Of a stretch of 32,000 bases of DNA, positions 27,578 to 32,000 are shown piece by piece. The stretch covers positions 510,001 through 542,000 of the forward strand of contig NZ_CP089976.1 in NCBI RefSeq assembly GCF_022701215.1. The letters run 5' to 3'. Within the stretch, counting starts at the first letter, position 1; each line of letters begins with the position of its first letter. The position numbers and the translations under genes are program-made. The stretch comes from Moraxella nasovis (lineage in GTDB: Bacteria; Pseudomonadota; Gammaproteobacteria; Pseudomonadales; Moraxellaceae). The notes under the pieces are model-generated. The model was not told the origin of the DNA. It saw only the letters and a program-made list of their open reading frames with translations, and ran no database searches.

Positions 27578-28402
27578 ATGTCAAACCTAGCCACCATCAT
27601 TGAACAAGCCTTTGAATGCCGTGCCGATTACAGCCCTGCTAATGCTCCTACTGAAGTGCGTGATGCAGTTAATTTAGCACTAGAACAACTAGATAATGGC
27701 TCATTAAGAGTTGCCGAAAAAATAGATGGCAACTGGGTGGTTAATGAATGGGCAAAAAAAGCAGTATTGCTGTCATTTCGCCTAAATGATAACTACGCCA
27801 TGCCATCATGCGAGCATTTGCAGTTTTTTGACAAAGTGCCAACCAAATTTGCCAACTGGAGCGTAGAAGATTTCAACAATGCAGGCATTCGTGTCGTGCC
27901 GCCTGCTGTCGCTCGTAAAGGCTCATTCATCGGCAAAGGTGCAATTTTAATGCCGTCTTATGTAAACATCGGTGCATATGTTGGCGAAGGCACAATGGTA
28001 GATACGTGGGCAACTGTCGGCTCATGTGCCCAAATTGGTAAAAACGTCCATCTATCAGGTGGTGTGGGCATTGGTGGCGTGCTAGAACCATTACAAGCAA
28101 GCCCAACCATCATTGAAGATAATTGCTTTATCGGTGCTAGAAGTGAGATCGTAGAAGGTGTTATCGTAGAAGAAGGCTCGGTTATCTCTATGGGTGTGTA
28201 TATCGGTCAATCCACCAAAATCTATGACCGTACCACAGGAGAGATTACGTATGGTCGCATTCCTGCAGGCTCAGTCGTGGTATCAGGCAGCCTACCAAGC
28301 AAAGACGGCTCACACAGCTTATACTGTGCAGTCATCGTCAAAAAAGTAGACGCCCAAACTCGTGCCAAAACAAGCATTAACGAACTGTTAAGAGCTGATT
28401 AA
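27578..28402 (+). CDS. dapD: 2,3,4,5-tetrahydropyridine-2,6-dicarboxylate N-succinyltransferase
   Basis: The start at 27578 ([13 protein letters not shown]...) has AAAGGAA upstream and gives 274 aa, as in E. coli DapD. Left-handed beta-helix hexapeptide repeats are present ([30 protein letters not shown]). Confidence 0.93.
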   Translation: MSNLATIIEQAFECRADYSPANAPTEVRDAVNLALEQLDNGSLRVAEKIDGNWVVNEWAKKAVLLSFRLNDNYAMPSCEHLQFFDKVPTKFANWSVEDFNNAGIRVVPPAVARKGSFIGKGAILMPSYVNIGAYVGEGTMVDTWATVGSCAQIGKNVHLSGGVGIGGVLEPLQASPTIIEDNCFIGARSEIVEGVIVEEGSVISMGVYIGQSTKIYDRTTGEITYGRIPAGSVVVSGSLPSKDGSHSLYCAVIVKKVDAQTRAKTSINELLRAD

Positions 28403-28423
28403 TTAAGCCCTAGCAAACTTTAA

Positions 28424-28450
28424 GCCCCTAAGTCATAGCTTGGGGGTTTT
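28424..28450 (+). terminator. Rho-independent terminator after dapD
   Basis: CCCCTAAG pairs with CTTGGGGG (one G-U pair) around a 6-nt loop, followed by TTTT at 28447-28450. Confidence 0.7.
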
Positions 28451-28626
28451 ATCATGGCTTTATTAGCCTTATTAAGTCTAATACCCCCTAAAGCTTATAC
28501 CTATAAAACCACCTAAAATTGACATTTGAGAAATTTATTTACAAATACTCACCAGCTTGACTGTACTTTTTGGCTAAAATTTGCTTTAATAACAGATAAT
28601 TAAAACTGAAAATAAAGAGTTAGGTC

Positions 28627-29112
28627 ATGATTGATTCGGATGGTTTTCGAGCCAATGTCGGTATCATCTTGGCAAATACACAGGGGCAAGTACTTTGGGC
28701 AAAGCGTATCGGACATGACAGCTGGCAGTTCCCGCAAGGTGGGATTGACTACGGTGAAACGCCGATTGATGCTATGTATCGTGAACTGTATGAAGAAGTT
28801 GGGCTGCGTCCCCACCAAGTTCAAGTGCTGGCGGTGACACGTGATTGGCTCCGCTATCGCTTGCCTAAGCGTTATGTGCGAGTCGGTCAAGAGCCACTGT
28901 GTATTGGACAAAAGCAAAAATGGTTTTTGCTCCGCCTAGATGAACACCATGCCCAGCAAATTCGCTTTGACACAGCTAAGCCTGAGTTTGACGAATGGCG
29001 ATGGGTCAGCTATTGGTATCCTTTAGATCAAGTGGTCGCTTTTAAGCGTGGCGTATACCAAAAAGCTCTCCAAGAGCTAATCTGGCAACTACCCTTAAGC
29101 CCTGAAAGCTGA
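28627..29112 (+). CDS. rppH: RNA pyrophosphohydrolase (Nudix)
   Basis: The product is collinear with E. coli RppH from MIDxDG(F/Y)RxNVGI. The Nudix box is GGIxxGExxxxAMYRELxEEVGL, and [10 protein letters not shown] and WRWVSYWYP are also shared. Confidence 0.93.
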   Translation: MIDSDGFRANVGIILANTQGQVLWAKRIGHDSWQFPQGGIDYGETPIDAMYRELYEEVGLRPHQVQVLAVTRDWLRYRLPKRYVRVGQEPLCIGQKQKWFLLRLDEHHAQQIRFDTAKPEFDEWRWVSYWYPLDQVVAFKRGVYQKALQELIWQLPLSPES

Positions 29113-29115
29113 CCT

Positions 29116-29142
29116 AAAAACCGAGCATTGTCTCGGTTTTTT
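29116..29142 (+). terminator. Rho-independent terminator after rppH
   Basis: AAAACCGAG (29117-29125) pairs with CTCGGTTTT (29132-29140), followed by a T run. Confidence 0.8.
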
Positions 29143-29270
29143 GTTATCCAGTATTAGACTGCCACAAACCAAAAGCACACTTATACGCTGCCAAATACAA
29201 CAGTATCTCCTATCAAAAAACGACATTTTAAGCTATAATAGCGGTATTTTGTCATCACTAAGGCTATATT

Positions 29271-30146
29271 ATGGCGATTATCCACCCCCAACCTGATCCT
29301 GTCGCACTTGATGCTGGTTTTATTGAGCTGCATTGGTATGGACTAATGTATCTACTCGCCTTTGGATTTGCTTATCTATTAGCGATGGTGCGAGCCAAGC
29401 AACGCAGTGATTTTAATACTGAGATGGTCTCTGATTTAGTCTTTTATGGGGCGTTAGGCGTCATTTTAGGGGGTCGCATTGGCTATGTACTGCTGTATAA
29501 TTTTGGCGAATTAATTGCCAATCCTGCTTATCTGTTTAAGGTATGGGAAGGCGGTATGAGCTTTCACGGCGGATTTATGGGCGTGGTACTTGCCATGTTT
29601 TACTTTGCTCATAAGTATAAAAAGTCTGTCTTTAGCGTATTAGACTTTATCGCACCTGCCGTGCCGACAGGGCTACTTTTTGGACGCATTGGCAACTTTA
29701 TTAATGGCGAGCTATGGGGGCGTGTATCAGACAGCTCTATTCGCTATCTGATGTATTTTCCCCAAGCAGCACAGGCTGATTTTGAGTTACTACAAGCCAA
29801 TCCTACTCTGCAAGCCATCGCCCAAAACATTCATGGCTACTGGCTACTTCCACGCCACCCATCACAGCTTTACCAAGCATTTAGCGAAGGGGTGTTATTA
29901 TTTATTATCTTATGGTTTTTTAGTGCTAAGCCCCGCCCACGCTATGCAGTATCTGCTCTTTTCTTATTAGGTTACGGCATTAGTCGCTTTACCACAGAGT
30001 TCTTCCGTCAGCCTGATGTCGGTTATGAGCTGTTTTTTGGGTGGATGAGTAAAGGGCAGCTGTACAGCCTACCGATGATCGTCTTAGGTGTAATCTTATT
30101 CATCATCGCATATCAAAAACAAATTTACGACTGGCAAAAACCATGA
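29271..30146 (+). CDS. lgt: Phosphatidylglycerol--prolipoprotein diacylglyceryl transferase
   Basis: The product is collinear with E. coli Lgt. Shared stretches are [16 protein letters not shown](L/F)[11 protein letters not shown], [14 protein letters not shown] and LPRHPSQLY. Confidence 0.93.
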   Translation: MAIIHPQPDPVALDAGFIELHWYGLMYLLAFGFAYLLAMVRAKQRSDFNTEMVSDLVFYGALGVILGGRIGYVLLYNFGELIANPAYLFKVWEGGMSFHGGFMGVVLAMFYFAHKYKKSVFSVLDFIAPAVPTGLLFGRIGNFINGELWGRVSDSSIRYLMYFPQAAQADFELLQANPTLQAIAQNIHGYWLLPRHPSQLYQAFSEGVLLFIILWFFSAKPRPRYAVSALFLLGYGISRFTTEFFRQPDVGYELFFGWMSKGQLYSLPMIVLGVILFIIAYQKQIYDWQKP

Positions 30147-30985
30147 AAAGCTATCTAGACTTACTCAAGTACATCTTAGATCACGGACAAGATAAGTCTG
30201 ACCGTACAGGAACAGGCACACGCTCAGTGTTTGGCTACCAAATGCGATTTAACTTAGCTGACGGCTTTCCGCTGCTCACCACCAAAAAAATACATTTTCG
30301 TTCGGTTGCCATTGAACTACTGTGGTTCTTAAAAGGCGATACCAACGTCAAATACCTACAAGACAATAAAGTTACCATCTGGGACGAATGGGCGACTGCA
30401 CAGCAGACTGCACGCTTTAACAGGCAAGCAGGTGATTTAGGGGCGGTGTACGGACATCAATGGCGAAACTTTGGGGCAACTAAGAATGCTGATGGCAGTT
30501 ATCAATCAGATGGATTTGACCAGATTAAATGGCTGATTAATGAGATTAAGACCAATCCAGATTCTAGGCGTTTGATTGTTTCTGGCTGGAATCCTAACGA
30601 AGCCAATGAAGTTGCCCTACCGCCCTGCCATACGCTATTTCAGTTTTATGTGGTAAATAATAAGCTATCATGCCAACTGTATCAGCGTTCTGCCGACGTA
30701 TTTTTAGGCGTGCCATTTAATATCGCAAGCTATGCTTTACTGACGCACATGGTCGCCCAAGTGTGCAATCTAAATGTCGGTGAGTTTATCTGGACAGGCG
30801 GCGATACGCATTTATACCACAATCATTTTGAGCAAGCCAAAAAACAGCTGGGACGAAAAACTTTACCATTATGCCGATTACAATTAAATCCAAATGTTAA
30901 AGATATTTTTGAGTTTAGCTATGATGACATCACAATCTTAGATTATGACCATCACCCAGCAATCAAAGCAGACGTGGCAGTATAA
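30143..30985 (+). CDS. thyA: Thymidylate synthase (ThyA type)
   Basis: Motifs are DRTGTGT, the active-site PPCH(T)LFQF, and DxHLY. The ATG overlaps the lgt stop in an ATGA arrangement. Confidence 0.97.
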   Translation: MKSYLDLLKYILDHGQDKSDRTGTGTRSVFGYQMRFNLADGFPLLTTKKIHFRSVAIELLWFLKGDTNVKYLQDNKVTIWDEWATAQQTARFNRQAGDLGAVYGHQWRNFGATKNADGSYQSDGFDQIKWLINEIKTNPDSRRLIVSGWNPNEANEVALPPCHTLFQFYVVNNKLSCQLYQRSADVFLGVPFNIASYALLTHMVAQVCNLNVGEFIWTGGDTHLYHNHFEQAKKQLGRKTLPLCRLQLNPNVKDIFEFSYDDITILDYDHHPAIKADVAV

Positions 30986-30987
30986 TC

Positions 30988-31506
30988 ATGACAGACATTC
31001 AAATCGTTCATGTTGTGGCGGTGGATAACAGCCACTGTATCGGTAAAGACAATCAGCTGGCTTGGCATATCCCAGATGACCTAAAGCACTTTAAATCGCT
31101 AACAACAGGTGGCGTTATCATCATGGGGCGAAAGACTTTTAAGTCACTTGGTCGCCCATTGCCAAATCGCACAAATATTGTCATTACTCGTGACACCGCT
31201 TGGCAAGCAGACGATGTTAAAGTGGCTCACTCTTTAGAACATGCCATCAGCATGGCAAAAAACATAGCCAAATCTGCTAATCAGCAAGCGGTATTCATCA
31301 TCGGTGGCGGAGAGATTTATAAGCAAAGCCTTGATATGGCAGACAGACTTGAGATTACTTATGTAAACCTTGACGTGGCGGGCGATACTTTTTATCCATC
31401 ACAGTTAAGCGATTTTCAGCAAACTTTTCAATCTGATGTAATGACAGATGAAAAAAGCGGTATCCAATTTCGTTTTAGCACATGGCAACGTAAACTTGCA
31501 CATTAA
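30988..31506 (+). CDS. folA: Dihydrofolate reductase
   Basis: A 172-aa type-I DHFR with N-terminal IGxxNxLxWHxPxDLxxFK, plus MGRKTFxS(L/I)GRPLPxRxNIVITR and GGGEIY. It starts 2 nt after the thyA stop. Confidence 0.93.
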   Translation: MTDIQIVHVVAVDNSHCIGKDNQLAWHIPDDLKHFKSLTTGGVIIMGRKTFKSLGRPLPNRTNIVITRDTAWQADDVKVAHSLEHAISMAKNIAKSANQQAVFIIGGGEIYKQSLDMADRLEITYVNLDVAGDTFYPSQLSDFQQTFQSDVMTDEKSGIQFRFSTWQRKLAH

Positions 31507-31522
31507 TACTCTAGGGGTTATT

Positions 31523-32000
31523 ATGCGTTCTATCTTTATGCCTTTGATTTTTGGCTCAATCATACTAACAGCCTGCTCTGATACACCAAACTACCAAAAG
31601 CTTGAAGGGCAGACGATGGGGACAAGCTATCACATCACCTTTGAGTTGCCAAAAAACGTCGATAAATCCGCCATCAGTGCAAGCATTGATGATAGGCTTG
31701 ATGACATTATCCACAGTATGTCCACTTACGAAAAAGACAGCACCATTTCTAAGTTTAACCAGCTAAGAGCAGGTGACTCCATTCAGATTGATGACGACTT
31801 TAGTCGTGTCTTAGCAGACAGTCGTACCATTTTCGCCCAAAGTGGTGGGGTTTTTGATCCTACCGTCTATCCACTCGTGGAACTTTGGGGGTTTGGTAGC
31901 AAGATGAATGTAGAACGCTTACAATCGCCACCAAGTGAATCTGAAATCAATGCTGCCAAGGATAAAATCGGATTAGATAAAGTCATTCTAAACGGCAATA
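31523..32000 (+). CDS. apbE: FAD:protein FMN transferase (ApbE family) lipoprotein, 3' end cut by window edge
   Basis: The ORF is open to the window end, which is why it is absent from the ORF track. AGGGG SD. The lipobox is IILTAC. The sequence GQTMGTSYHITF...MSTYxxDSxISKFN...FDPTVxPLVxLWGFG is characteristic of ApbE. Confidence 0.85.
   Translation, partial: MRSIFMPLIFGSIILTACSDTPNYQKLEGQTMGTSYHITFELPKNVDKSAISASIDDRLDDIIHSMSTYEKDSTISKFNQLRAGDSIQIDDDFSRVLADSRTIFAQSGGVFDPTVYPLVELWGFGSKMNVERLQSPPSESEINAAKDKIGLDKVILNGN

Overview
This window reads as an ordinary chromosomal segment of a moderately AT-rich gammaproteobacterium. Gene content and protein sequences suggest a Moraxellaceae-like organism (Moraxella, Psychrobacter or Acinetobacter type), but that is inference only. 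It is densely coding and mostly core metabolism and transport. In order along the window:
- The end of the Na+-NQR operon (nqrE partial, nqrF), a DUF962 membrane protein and tRNA-Pro(GGG).
- A gabD-like succinate-semialdehyde dehydrogenase, an EamA exporter and a TauE/SafE permease.
- A tctCBA tripartite tricarboxylate transporter and a BetT-like BCCT transporter.
- A multiply disrupted isochorismatase-family pseudogene and an orphan class-V aminotransferase (cysteine-desulfurase-like).
- The 1,3-diaminopropane genes ddc and dat, then acnB.
- A TAXI-type TRAP transporter operon (receptor, DUF1850, fused permease).
- lipA, an alpha/beta hydrolase, dapD and rppH.
- A compact lgt-thyA-folA-apbE run, with apbE cut by the window end.

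I see no CRISPR array, intact IS element or prophage, recognisable defence system or toxin-antitoxin pair, and no multi-gene cluster of unknown function. The parts worth a second look are non-coding or decayed:
- A roughly 35-codon integrase stump next to tRNA-Pro.
- A 698-bp gene-free region upstream of betT carrying repeated CTTATAAG palindromes and an orphan terminator-like hairpin.
- A 1.2-kb gene-poor stretch (12154-13395) holding the pseudogene plus two GC-rich islands, a small ORF ending in a T11 tract and a multi-helix element with competing hairpins, upstream of the class-V aminotransferase.
- A 638-bp very AT-rich spacer with a terminator that splits dat from ddc.

All functional calls come from motif recognition by eye and remembered homology. 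No database search was run.
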